In this document: positions 38,490 to 48,518 of the stretch, piece after piece | Numbering within the stretch: position 1 is the stretch's first letter | Layout of the letters: the number at the start of each line of letters is the position of its first letter | Assembly: GCA_032128375.1 (NCBI GenBank) | Contig: JAQBGU010000179.1 | Coordinates: 32,001 to 96,000, forward strand | Source: Deltaproteobacteria bacterium | GTDB taxonomy: Bacteria > Myxococcota_A > UBA9160 > SMWR01 | Direction: 5' to 3' | Length of the DNA stretch: 64,000 nucleotides | Notes under the pieces: model-generated | What the model saw: only the letters and a program-made list of their open reading frames with translations | Database searches by the model: none | What the model was told of the DNA's origin: nothing | Program-made: the position numbers and the translations under genes

Positions 38490-40217
38490 TCAGGGCAGCA
38501 GAATCGGTGCCACAGGTAGGCCCCCCGCGTTACCGCCGCAGCCTATCCGCGAAGTCGAGATGACCAGATTGTCGAGGTATCGGACTCGACTGCCGGGTGC
38601 GCCGTCATTCCAATGGTTCTCGACGAACACAGCGTTGATTCCGTAGTCCGCGTATGCTCCCAGCCAATTCAGGCCGCTGATCTGGGCGTCCAGGTTGCCG
38701 TCGATCCAGAGATCGAACTCGCCGTCAGAGGCACCCGAACGATCCAGCTTTACGTGGGCTTCGATGCACTGCCACTGGTCGGCCCTCGAGGAAGCGAAGA
38801 CGGGCGTCGCACCCTGCCTGACACCCAACCAGCGCAGATTGTCGAAGTCGTTGTAGGCCGTAGTCGCCAACTGTCCAGCCGCGGTCACCCCACTCGCCGG
38901 ATCGATCGCCAATGTGTCTGCTCCGTCTGTCCAGACGTGGGCGATGAAGGACTGGCTCCAATTGCCATCTACCAGGGCCGTCGCTCGCGACAATTTGTAG
39001 GGTGCACCTGACCAGCCCGGACCGGTTCGCAAGTACATGCGCCAGTAGATCTCACGGAAGTCCTGAGTGTTGGCGATGCTCGAGCCGAGCGGATTCCGGC
39101 CAAAGGTCACCTTGAGATCACCGGCATCCGAGTCTCCTGCTTCCCACTGAGCGCGCATTGCGTGGCCGCCCGAAACCCCCTCACCCGCGACCGGCACAAA
39201 CTGGCCGGCGTCGTCGTTGTACTCGAAGTAGTCGGAGGAGAGAGTGGCGCTGTCCTCGAAGTTGTCACAAAAGAGAACTGCTGAATCCGGATTGCTTCCT
39301 TCCGGGCAGAATGCTTCTACCGCCTGGCCATCGGGTAGCGGGCCCGGATCAGGATCGGGATCGGGAGGCGGGGTGCTCCCGAAGGTGGAGTTCCACACAT
39401 CGTCCAGCGACAAATCGTCGAGCCATATCGTCCCGCCTGCGTCCCCCCCGCCTCTAGCTGGACACGGCACACCTTCGGCACACATTTGCGGAAAAAATGA
39501 TTGGGGCCAGAAGCCCCAAGTGGCATTGATGATGTTCCCGCAGTCCACAGAACAGTCCATCAGCATTGTGGTCTGTGACGACGTACCGACGGATTTACCG
39601 TCTATGAACAATTCGAGACGTGCAGTAGCGGAATCACCGGTCTGAAGGGTTAACGCTTGGACATATTCATGCCAGATCGCCACGGAAGGATTCGTTTCTG
39701 GGTGGAAATCGTATCCGACAGTGAGGGCAAAATCTTTCGTACCGCCGCCCAACCCTTCGCATTGATGACACTCCGATATTTCAATGCGGTCATGTGCCAG
39801 ATACCCGGTAAATCCGCCCTGGGTAAACGGGTATCTCGTCGAGCCAAGACGACTGTTCTTCATTTTCTTGATTGCAGGATCGCGCGTTCCCCAATCCCAA
39901 TCTGGACTGATCTTCATCCAGAATCGGTAGTACAGGGTCTTACCGCTGCCCCATCCAACCGCAGGTGACAGTGTGTAGTTATTCAAAGTTACACACGGAC
40001 TCTGAGTTTGATTCGAGCCGCGAAGGACTAGCTTCATAGAGGCTGTTCCTTCGACCTTGTCTGAAAAATCAAAAACCGGAGGCTTCTCGCTATCGCACAA
40101 GCCTTTAGAGGTCGTCGTTGTATCTGCATCCCAGGAGAAATAGTTTGCTCCCATTGCGCCTGATGGGAATACGATCCACAAGATGGATATCGCGACAAAT
40201 GCACATCGATTCATCAT
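38490..40217 (-). CDS. Secreted protein with two jelly-roll (polysaccharide lyase/LamG-like) domains and a Pro-Asp linker
   Basis: Signal peptide; both halves have Y.R...K..R, W.....L.IDG, LD.L.(L/I); PPPDPDPDP linker. Confidence 0.7.
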   Translation of the reverse strand: MMNRCAFVAISILWIVFPSGAMGANYFSWDADTTTTSKGLCDSEKPPVFDFSDKVEGTASMKLVLRGSNQTQSPCVTLNNYTLSPAVGWGSGKTLYYRFWMKISPDWDWGTRDPAIKKMKNSRLGSTRYPFTQGGFTGYLAHDRIEISECHQCEGLGGGTKDFALTVGYDFHPETNPSVAIWHEYVQALTLQTGDSATARLELFIDGKSVGTSSQTTMLMDCSVDCGNIINATWGFWPQSFFPQMCAEGVPCPARGGGDAGGTIWLDDLSLDDVWNSTFGSTPPPDPDPDPGPLPDGQAVEAFCPEGSNPDSAVLFCDNFEDSATLSSDYFEYNDDAGQFVPVAGEGVSGGHAMRAQWEAGDSDAGDLKVTFGRNPLGSSIANTQDFREIYWRMYLRTGPGWSGAPYKLSRATALVDGNWSQSFIAHVWTDGADTLAIDPASGVTAAGQLATTAYNDFDNLRWLGVRQGATPVFASSRADQWQCIEAHVKLDRSGASDGEFDLWIDGNLDAQISGLNWLGAYADYGINAVFVENHWNDGAPGSRVRYLDNLVISTSRIGCGGNAGGLPVAPILLP

Positions 40218-40314
40218 GGGTACCTTATCGGATCCGGCTGTCGACAGACTGTGATTCCAGTCACCCGGACAAGACTCACGGCCACGTGGGTCCACTCGAC
40301 CAAGATTCGATGAC

Positions 40315-41127
40315 TCATTCGGCAGTGCCTTCCGTCATGACTGCACGCACTGCCTCGAACTGTTCATCCTGGAGAAAGAAATAGTTGACACTCGAATCGC
40401 CTCGTCGGCGAGGCCGAAGGCTCGTCTTGTCGAACCAGTACGCTGCGTATCCCAGCTTGTCGAACCACTCAAAGAGCGCTTCTCCGTCGCTGCCGGCTGT
40501 ATCGGGATCATGGGAGACCTCGACGAGCCAGGCGGGCCGGGACTCTTTGGTGAGTTGCAGAGCCCCGCGAACACAGGCGAGTTCATGGCCCTCGACGTCG
40601 CATTTGACAAAGCTGAAGGGCCCCAGAGCACCTAGCGCGGTGTCCAGACAGCGGGTCGAGACAGAGTGGCCACCGGGCTCATCGCTGGCCTCAACGATTT
40701 GAGCCTGGTACAGGTTGTCCCCCCCTGAGGGCCACGAGGGAACCTGCATCTGAGCCACTCCCTCTCGATCAGATGCTGCCCAGTGACAGCATTCTACGTT
40801 GGTCAAACCCAGTTGCGTCACTGTGTTCTGCAAGTACGCAAAGGTTTCCGGCATCGGCTCGATGCTGTGGACGCGACCCATCGGTCCCACCCACTCCGAC
40901 AGGAATCGGGTGTAATCGCCGACATTCGCACCTACATCCAAGACCCTGTCGCCCGGGCGGACGAGGTGGCGGACCACCTCGAGATCGGGCTCATCGGCAA
41001 GACGCATGTCGCGGACGGCGCGCAGGTAGTGGATCCGCTTGACCCAATGGAGCATCCCAGTTGGGGCAACCCGCAGTAGGATCCTCCGAAGCAGCACGTT
41101 CGCTACGTTGGGTTCTGAATTCGACAT
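40315..41127 (-). CDS. FkbM-family methyltransferase
   Basis: VLDVGANVG, SIEP, FVKCDVEGHE; AGGAGG RBS. Confidence 0.92.
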   Translation of the reverse strand: MSNSEPNVANVLLRRILLRVAPTGMLHWVKRIHYLRAVRDMRLADEPDLEVVRHLVRPGDRVLDVGANVGDYTRFLSEWVGPMGRVHSIEPMPETFAYLQNTVTQLGLTNVECCHWAASDREGVAQMQVPSWPSGGDNLYQAQIVEASDEPGGHSVSTRCLDTALGALGPFSFVKCDVEGHELACVRGALQLTKESRPAWLVEVSHDPDTAGSDGEALFEWFDKLGYAAYWFDKTSLRPRRRGDSSVNYFFLQDEQFEAVRAVMTEGTAE

Positions 41128-41146
41128 CCCCACGTTCCTCCTGCTT

Positions 41147-41220
41147 CGAATCGAATCAAACCGAATCGACTGGAATCGAGTCTGGGTTGAGTCGAAAATC
41201 GCAAATCGCAATCGAATCGT
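41147..41220. repeat. Degenerate pentanucleotide (CGAAT)n microsatellite with 7 GANTC sites
   Basis: GAATC at 41148, 41153, 41163, 41173, 41214; GAGTC at 41178, 41189. Confidence 0.8.
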
Positions 41221-41738
41221 CGGAGCCGAAGTTGGCAGCCGATCCCTGCTCGAAGCGATGGGCTGATGTGTCGCTCTGGTTGGGGCGACACGCGGGGGCG
41301 CGCCGCCGAGGAGTATCTCTGTTCAGGTTTTGGATCAAAAGGATCAGCCAACGAGTCATTTGCGACCTATCCAAATTTCCTTCTGAGTCGGCTGAAACTT
41401 CGTCCTGTTGGGACGCTAACAAGTGCTCCTTACCGGTGCCTCCAGGTTTCGGGTGAAGAACTGGAGATGTGTGAATGGAATCCCGTGGCTGCGGCCTCTG
41501 AAGATTATCGTGTTCTTCCAGATCGGGTGTTGAAAAGGAACGAAGAGGGGTTTCGGGATCCGGATCGGAAACTCCCAAACATGGCAAGTGTCGATTGAAG
41601 GGATCAGCCCCCGATCCCGGGGCGATTTCAAGCTTCCGCGAGTGCAGCTCAGTTGAAGTGGTCTGGTCAACTCCCGGTAGCGACATGCAACAGGCGGTAC
41701 CGATGATGGAAGGCCCAGTGGGCCCTATAGTTTGAAAC

Positions 41739-42923
41739 ATGACGGCGCTCCAAAGCAACCCCACGACTTCGGAGCGATCGTATAGGCTCGTGTATCTCTT
41801 TCCACTCGTGTGGAGGCCCACCAAGGAAAACTTTCGCCGTCGGTTCGAACTGCTCTCGGATGCTTGTCGCGGGCACGTCTTCACGTTGTCGGGAAGCCGC
41901 CAACGCGGCGTCGCGCTAGGGAGGTTCGCCTTCTCTTCAGAGCCGGTCGCTCACGGGAGGATCTCTTCGCTGATTGCGCGGCTCCGCGCAAACTTGCTGA
42001 CGCCTCTCCGAATGCTCCGGCGGGGAGATGTGGACGTGATTGTCGCTTACGATCCCTATGGATCGGGCCTGAGCGGCGTTCTTCTGAAGTGGCTCCTCGG
42101 GGCGAAACTGGTCATCGAGCTCAATGGCGATTATCACCTGATGGAGGAGGCCGGGAGCAAGCTCAAGAGCCTCGCCGCAAAAAGGGCGCTGCGACTGTGC
42201 CTGAGAGTTGCGGACGCCGTCAAGGTACTCAACTCGGACCAGGAGGCCTTCGTGCGCCGAGAAGTTCCAGGGAAGGTGGTTTACCGCTTCTCCGATTTTG
42301 TCGCCGACGGCTACTTCCGCTCAGTCGACCATTTCCAAGGCGACTACCTGCTTTCCGTAGGGTATCCATTCGAGTTGAAGGGTATGGCCGAACTGATCGA
42401 GGCCTTCAAGCTGCTCGGTCACCGCCCTTCGCTCAAGCTCCGGATCATGGGACACTGCCCTCCCGACGAGTTGAAGCACTGGGAGACCCTCGCGGGGGAC
42501 GATTCTCGGATCGAGTTTGTCCCGCCGGGCTGGATCGAAGATGTCGCCGAGCACATGCGCGGTTGTTACGCGCTCGTGAATGCGGCGCACTTCGAGGCGA
42601 TGGGACGCGTGCATCTCGAGGCAATGGCATGTCGAAAACCAATTGTCGCGACCCGTACCAACGGAGCGATCGATTACATCGTTGACGGGGAAACCGGCCT
42701 GCTCTGCGAGATCGGAAACGCCGCAGATCTGGCAAGCAAGCTCGACACTCTCCTCTCCGACCCAGCGCGTGCACAGAGGATGGGCGACGCCGGCTTCGCA
42801 AGGCTCGACGCGAACTATTCGGAGCGGCAGTACATCGGCAACGTCCTCGAGATGCTCAAAGGACTCGATGCTTCGTCGGCCGACAAAGATTCGAGACGCG
42901 TCGACCCCTTGCGAGCACACTAG
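41739..42923 (+). CDS. Glycosyltransferase family 4
   Basis: KG...LIEAF, EAMGRVHLEAMAC.KPIVAT, DGETGLL. Confidence 0.92.
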   Translation: MTALQSNPTTSERSYRLVYLFPLVWRPTKENFRRRFELLSDACRGHVFTLSGSRQRGVALGRFAFSSEPVAHGRISSLIARLRANLLTPLRMLRRGDVDVIVAYDPYGSGLSGVLLKWLLGAKLVIELNGDYHLMEEAGSKLKSLAAKRALRLCLRVADAVKVLNSDQEAFVRREVPGKVVYRFSDFVADGYFRSVDHFQGDYLLSVGYPFELKGMAELIEAFKLLGHRPSLKLRIMGHCPPDELKHWETLAGDDSRIEFVPPGWIEDVAEHMRGCYALVNAAHFEAMGRVHLEAMACRKPIVATRTNGAIDYIVDGETGLLCEIGNAADLASKLDTLLSDPARAQRMGDAGFARLDANYSERQYIGNVLEMLKGLDASSADKDSRRVDPLRAH

Positions 42924-43089
42924 GCTGCCGTCCGGCCGTCTCTTCAGTGTTCAGGTGGAGAACACCAGCAGATTGGAGGGAAAATTGCTCGGAGGAGTTA
43001 CACAGTTCAGGATCCGTGCAGAGGACCAGATGAATCGGTGTCACCTACATATTTTTTTCAGATGTGAGGCTTCACGTCCTCTGGAGCTG

Positions 43090-44451
43090 TCACGAGGAGT
43101 TCAGAGCAGGCGGCGACCTTCCCGGTTCGTAGGCCGCATGGGGCAGCTCGCTCCCTCGTAGATCATCAGACCGAATTCTCTCGAGCCTTGCAATGCGTTC
43201 GATCGCGAAGCTCATCGCGATCAAATAATAGAGATGCGGGTAGTAGAGAACGGAGAGGAATATCCCACTGATCAGATAGGCGACGGTTCCGCAGAGGGCC
43301 GCGCGAGCGCAGGCATCCGCGTAATTTGTTTGTTCGGATGGAGAGCCGCTGGTTCTGGAGGAAAAGCGTAGGGTCCTGGCAATTGAGCCGAGATGAACCA
43401 GAAGCAGCCAGCCCCAGATCACAATCCCGAAGAGTCCCAATTCCGGAATCAGTGTGAAGTAGAGAGAATGAGTTGCTTGCCCGCCGAGGCTCTTCTTCGT
43501 CGGGTCCACGTCTTCAAAGTCACCCATGTACCAGTTGATGTTTCCCTGCCCCACGCCAAACAGCGGGTTGTCGAGAAAGGCACGCCACCCGATCCCCCAG
43601 CTGGCGATTCGTTCGACGCGAGTCGAATCTCCGCTGTCGTTGATCGTCGACATTTCAGTCCAGTAGTCCGGCGGCGCCAGCAACGCCAGGAACCCTGCCG
43701 CCACCAACCCGAGGATCACGAGGCGCACTCGGTGCTTACTCATCACCCACATTACGAAGGCAACGGACAGAAGCCCGACAAAGCCACCGCGAGACTTGGA
43801 GACCACAAGACCACCCAGCATGGTCACCAACCCGACGAGTAGTACCAGACGCATACTCATGGCTTTCTCGTGTCGGAACAGAAAGTAAGCGAAGGGGATG
43901 CCCATCGTGAGGGCCAGGGCCAGGTCGTTCTCATCCCAGAATTCGTTGCCAGTCCCGCGACCACCGTGGGTAATGCCCCAGAAGCCCTGAAACGCAACGG
44001 CCGCGATCCACATCAATGTGAACTTCCTGAGCCGCGAAAATGTGTCTACGAATGCACCCAGTGCCAGGCAAAACACCGTGAGCTGGAGCATCGCCCTGAA
44101 AGTATGGAAAGCATGGAAGTTGTTGCGGGCCAGTGGCACCCAGCAGCCCATGAATACCAAAAGAACAAGCAGCAGTTGAGCGCGCCGCTGATTCAGAGTG
44201 ACCTTCTGGGACACCAGCAGCCCCAGAAGCACCACGGTTACGAGTAGGCTGGGCCGAATATCGCCGAGGAAGGGAAGAACGTCTTGGGGGCGTGCATAAT
44301 CGATGAAGGCATATACGACCACAGCGACGAAAGCGTACGAGGGAGCAATCCGCCTGCCTCGACCTCTACGCCGGACCGAACCAGGGGGGACTGCCCTAGA
44401 CGATTGCGATCGGTGTGGCTCCGACGCTGCAGCTGCCAAGCGAAGCTCCAT
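43090..44451 (-). CDS. O-antigen ligase/Wzy-like membrane protein
   Basis: Multiple TMs; DENDLAL, SKSRGGF, NPLFGVG, THSLYF..IPELG; start uncertain. Confidence 0.88.
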   Translation of the reverse strand: MELRLAAAASEPHRSQSSRAVPPGSVRRRGRGRRIAPSYAFVAVVVYAFIDYARPQDVLPFLGDIRPSLLVTVVLLGLLVSQKVTLNQRRAQLLLVLLVFMGCWVPLARNNFHAFHTFRAMLQLTVFCLALGAFVDTFSRLRKFTLMWIAAVAFQGFWGITHGGRGTGNEFWDENDLALALTMGIPFAYFLFRHEKAMSMRLVLLVGLVTMLGGLVVSKSRGGFVGLLSVAFVMWVMSKHRVRLVILGLVAAGFLALLAPPDYWTEMSTINDSGDSTRVERIASWGIGWRAFLDNPLFGVGQGNINWYMGDFEDVDPTKKSLGGQATHSLYFTLIPELGLFGIVIWGWLLLVHLGSIARTLRFSSRTSGSPSEQTNYADACARAALCGTVAYLISGIFLSVLYYPHLYYLIAMSFAIERIARLERIRSDDLRGSELPHAAYEPGRSPPALNSS

Positions 44452-44635
44452 CCCGCGTCCCACCCGGTGCTGTGAAAGCCGCGGCGCAAACGGGCGCCTT
44501 GCTGTTCTACCTCATCGGCGTCACGGGCCATTCCCCTGCGCGGTTTCGATCACGATACGCGTCGAGAGCCGGTTACGCGGCCATGCAGGAACGTAACGCA
44601 GTCTCCGAGGGGTGCCCTCCCGGCTGCCAGGAAGT

Positions 44636-46003
44636 CTAGGGAACTCCTTCCAGGAGTCCGAAGACCTCATCGTACTGCGCCACTACAGCCGACCTGAAAT
44701 CTGGAGTCTGGTGGCGAAGGGCTATCGCAATCGACTCCCTCTGCTGTTCCAACAGACGAAACGTTTCGGTCAACGCCTCCACGCTGAAGTTCTCTGCATC
44801 CATCATGTAGGCCCCGAGCCCGAACCATTCCATCAGGTCGCCTGCCTTCGCATGATAGGCGATCGCCAGGACTGGCTTGTGCAGCGCGAGCGACAGGAGA
44901 ATTCCGTGATAACGCGTCGCGACCATCAGATCCAGGTCGACGAGTTCTGACCGAAGATCACCCAAAGATCGAATGGTCGGCGCTCTGATGAGCTTGTCGC
45001 GCTCGGGGTCTCCCTGGACCATCTGGCTTCGGACATCATCGATGACCGCCGGATCGACCTTGAGTTGAGTCGGGATGAATCGCACTTCACAGCCCCGATC
45101 CAACAGCCAGTCCGCAAACCTGGCCAACTTCCCAATGTACTCTTCATACTTGGTGTGATCCGTCGTATACCAATAGTCTGTGTACAGCGGCAGTGGGTTG
45201 ATCCCGACAACCAGCCTCTCGCCCCTCGGAGCTTCCTTCGGGGCCACCGGCGACTCGAGACTGAAGGCCAGGTCCGGAACTAGCTTGTTTGCATCAGATA
45301 CCCGAAGTGTGTCGACGACCCGTTTCGAAGTCTCATCTCGATAGGAGCGATAGCTCGCTCGCATGAGAGCACTTCGAATGAACCGACGCCCCAGCCAACT
45401 GTCGATCGGGCCCGCACCCACGCTGAGGAAGACCACCTTCGCGCCCGCCCTGCGGGCCAGCAGCGTCCATTTGAGGACGGTATAGGGGTACTGCCACGGC
45501 CCGCCCACAAAGTCATTCAACTGGTGAGAACCGGCGAAGATCAACAGATCCAGGCCTGCCGCGCACTCTCGAGAATCACGCAGAAATATCACTTCCCTGC
45601 CGATCTCTGGCACGCGTTCTGCCATTTCTACCGCGCAGCGTCCGACCGTTGAAAGAACCGGAATTCTCTTGACGAATTCCTTCACCCGGTCGAACAACGA
45701 CGTGTGTCTCGGCTCCTCTGATTCCGCTCCGGCTGCGGATGTCTCTTCCCGATTCTGATGCTCCCGCTGGCGACGTATCGGAAACGAGCGAATGCCGTGT
45801 CGCTCCTCAGTGTCCAATGGAGCCAGGGAAAAGCCGCGGATCTCGGCATCCGGCCAACGGCCCCGGATGTTCTGAATCACTGCGGCGATGATCGCCTCGT
45901 CCCCGAGGTTCTCATTTCCGACATGACCCAGAACCCCAACTGTCACGGGTTTCGACATCTCGCTATCCCACCGAGATGCGATCGAGGGCGGAGTACCGCT
46001 CAC
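44636..46003 (-). CDS. Polysaccharide pyruvyltransferase family protein
   Basis: GNENLGDEAI, SYRD..S, VPDLAF, ATRYHG; alternative start at 45958. Confidence 0.9.
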   Translation of the reverse strand: MSGTPPSIASRWDSEMSKPVTVGVLGHVGNENLGDEAIIAAVIQNIRGRWPDAEIRGFSLAPLDTEERHGIRSFPIRRQREHQNREETSAAGAESEEPRHTSLFDRVKEFVKRIPVLSTVGRCAVEMAERVPEIGREVIFLRDSRECAAGLDLLIFAGSHQLNDFVGGPWQYPYTVLKWTLLARRAGAKVVFLSVGAGPIDSWLGRRFIRSALMRASYRSYRDETSKRVVDTLRVSDANKLVPDLAFSLESPVAPKEAPRGERLVVGINPLPLYTDYWYTTDHTKYEEYIGKLARFADWLLDRGCEVRFIPTQLKVDPAVIDDVRSQMVQGDPERDKLIRAPTIRSLGDLRSELVDLDLMVATRYHGILLSLALHKPVLAIAYHAKAGDLMEWFGLGAYMMDAENFSVEALTETFRLLEQQRESIAIALRHQTPDFRSAVVAQYDEVFGLLEGVP

Positions 46004-46755
46004 GATTGCTTCTGTCCGACGGCGATAATCGAGTAGCCAGTCCCGAATCGGTCCTTCAGGGCTTGCAATCGACGCGGGCTGATCAGCCAGCTGGCGGCCC
46101 TGTTGAGCTTCGTCGAGTTGATGATGCGGAGCCAGCCACGCGCTCCCATCGGAATCACGGAAGCGGTCCGGATTACCTTGAAGTGCGGCTCGAGCAGACT
46201 CTTCAGCCCCTTCATATCGAGGAACTTCTTGATGTGCTCATCGGGATCTTCCGAGCCGACACCGACGAGGCCATCAGAATCTCTGACCCGCTGCATCACG
46301 AACTTGTTCGCAGCCGAGATGATTAGATACCCGCCGGGCTTGATGACCTCCGCGATTCGGCGGATCAATAGCGGCTGATCACTGACATGCGGAATGACTT
46401 CTTGGCAGACCACCACATCGACGGGCTCGCTAGCGAGCTGGATCTGATAGAGATCGCCGGCGGCGAATCGGATCTCCGGGAACTGCGATTTAGCCGCGGC
46501 GATCGCGGTCTCAGATAGATCCACGCCCTCGGTCGGACCGAATTCGGACAGGAGATTGGCCATCCAGCCGGTGGCGCAACCCAGGTCGAGGATTCGCGGA
46601 TTTTCGAGTGAGAGATCCCTTAGTATCGCGAGAATCGCCTCGGACCTCTCCTTCTGCCAATCGTTCGGTGAGCGCTGGTTCCCCCATCGCTCATCCCAGT
46701 AGCCCTGCTGCTCCACGATCGACGGATTCTTTCCATCGTTCGCATGTTGACCCAT
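46000..46755 (-). CDS. Class I SAM-dependent methyltransferase
   Basis: ILDLGCATG, GVDLS, EVIPHV, IKPGG. Confidence 0.9.
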   Translation of the reverse strand: MGQHANDGKNPSIVEQQGYWDERWGNQRSPNDWQKERSEAILAILRDLSLENPRILDLGCATGWMANLLSEFGPTEGVDLSETAIAAAKSQFPEIRFAAGDLYQIQLASEPVDVVVCQEVIPHVSDQPLLIRRIAEVIKPGGYLIISAANKFVMQRVRDSDGLVGVGSEDPDEHIKKFLDMKGLKSLLEPHFKVIRTASVIPMGARGWLRIINSTKLNRAASWLISPRRLQALKDRFGTGYSIIAVGQKQS

Positions 46756-46838
46756 GTCGTTCCTCCTCTCACCTGGCTCTGGCGCTTCGGCATTTCTGGC
46801 TTGATCTCAGACTATCGCAGGGGAGTGACCCACCGGGC

Positions 46839-48359
46839 TCACTCGTGAGCCCGGGTCACGAAACGCATGACGGATCCAGGAGGTAACAACCGACTCTTCT
46901 CCTCGTGAGTGAGGCTCACGAGCCAGGCTCCGAGCGCTGCAAGAGGCAACACGAGCGAGACCTGCGCAAAGTAGAGGATCAGGTTGTCCGCCGGCCACTC
47001 CTGTTCGATGAACCAGCTTCCCGCAGCGAACGGCAGCATCGCGACGGCCGGCCGTATCCAGACGGTGCGCCAGAACAGCGAGATCGGGGTCCCCAGCACG
47101 CGCTTGACATACCAAGGCGCGAAGAACAACGACGCCAATAGGCGAGGTGCGGTAGTTCCCCAAGCCACACCGATGATTCCATACGATTGAAGCCAGATCA
47201 CGCTGAGGCCGACGTTGAACACCGCTTCGACCATGAAGGCTGGCACCAGACCTCGGTGCTTCGAGATTCCCATCATGGTCGCTACGACAACCTGATAACC
47301 GACGGCGACCGCCAGGGCGAGACTGAGGATGTAGAGAACCTCGCCGGCGGGCTCTGCGTATTCTTCTCCCATCCACAGCCCGATAAAGGATTGCCCGCGC
47401 AGCATGAACGTAATGACGATCGGCAGGATGATCAGCGTGGAGATCCGCGATCCGACGAGAAGAACTCGCTGCAAGTCGTCACGCTCATCCCCTGCTTCCA
47501 GTGCGCTCGCCGACGGGGTCAAGATGGTCGATATGCCACTGATCGGAGCGCGCGCATACTCGGTCAGGTTCGCCGCGATGGCGAAGAAGGTGACCATGCC
47601 GATCGGAAGAAACGAGCCGATGACGACCGCATCGCTGAACAAGATGAGCATGCCAGATGCTTGAAGGAGTAGAACAGAAGCACTGAAAGAAAATATCATT
47701 TTCAGGTGTTTGCGCCGACACTCTGTGAACACTGCCCTCATCTCGGGATACAAGCGACGACTGAGCCAATAGTTCGCCAATCCACGAGCAGCAGACATTC
47801 CGAGTTGGATTGCGGCCAATGAGACGAGTCCCATTCCCTCGTTCAACGCCAGAAAGATCGCGGCTGCGCGGAACGCACCGATGACGACTTCGACTGCGTT
47901 GATGTGGTCGAAGCGTTGCAGGCCGGCGACAACCCCCCCGTACACGCCGCTGACAAGCGACACTCCTATGTTTACTCCACCTAGGATCAGCACAATGCCA
48001 GCGACACTGACGAGATCCGCTGGGATCTCGAAGATCTGCCCGATGAATGCCGCCAGAATGCTGGCAATCGCGATCGCCAGCAGCCCGATCACGGAGAAGA
48101 CCACCAGAGCAGAAGAGGCTACTCGCGTTGCTTCGAGGTGATTTTCCTGGGTGTGGAACTTGGCAATGAATCGGGTAACGGCCGCCCGAACTCCCAGATC
48201 GAGCAAGCCCAGATAACCGACTAGCGAGCCCAGAAGAACCCAAATTCCGTACGACGCGTCCCCAAGGCTATGCACGACGAAGGGAGACAAGACGAAGTTG
48301 ATGCCCGCCGTAAAAGCGTACCCGCCCCAATTCGACAGGACGTTTCTGGTTCGGCTCAT
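46839..48359 (-). CDS. Wzx-type flippase
   Basis: About 12-14 TMs; LG..SYGIW, LLDLG, FIGLWMG. Confidence 0.9.
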   Translation of the reverse strand: MSRTRNVLSNWGGYAFTAGINFVLSPFVVHSLGDASYGIWVLLGSLVGYLGLLDLGVRAAVTRFIAKFHTQENHLEATRVASSALVVFSVIGLLAIAIASILAAFIGQIFEIPADLVSVAGIVLILGGVNIGVSLVSGVYGGVVAGLQRFDHINAVEVVIGAFRAAAIFLALNEGMGLVSLAAIQLGMSAARGLANYWLSRRLYPEMRAVFTECRRKHLKMIFSFSASVLLLQASGMLILFSDAVVIGSFLPIGMVTFFAIAANLTEYARAPISGISTILTPSASALEAGDERDDLQRVLLVGSRISTLIILPIVITFMLRGQSFIGLWMGEEYAEPAGEVLYILSLALAVAVGYQVVVATMMGISKHRGLVPAFMVEAVFNVGLSVIWLQSYGIIGVAWGTTAPRLLASLFFAPWYVKRVLGTPISLFWRTVWIRPAVAMLPFAAGSWFIEQEWPADNLILYFAQVSLVLPLAALGAWLVSLTHEEKSRLLPPGSVMRFVTRAHE

Positions 48360-48518
48360 TTTGCGAACCGGGAGTAGGCGAACCCTCTAGACGCCGCTCC
48401 GACCGACGTCTTCCCCTGCCTCGAACCTGCACCCGGCACGCATCCACGAATCTGTGCAGAAGCGCCGGGTCGTCCGACTCGGGCCGATTTCATCTCGATG
48501 TTCCGCACTCGCCTTCGC

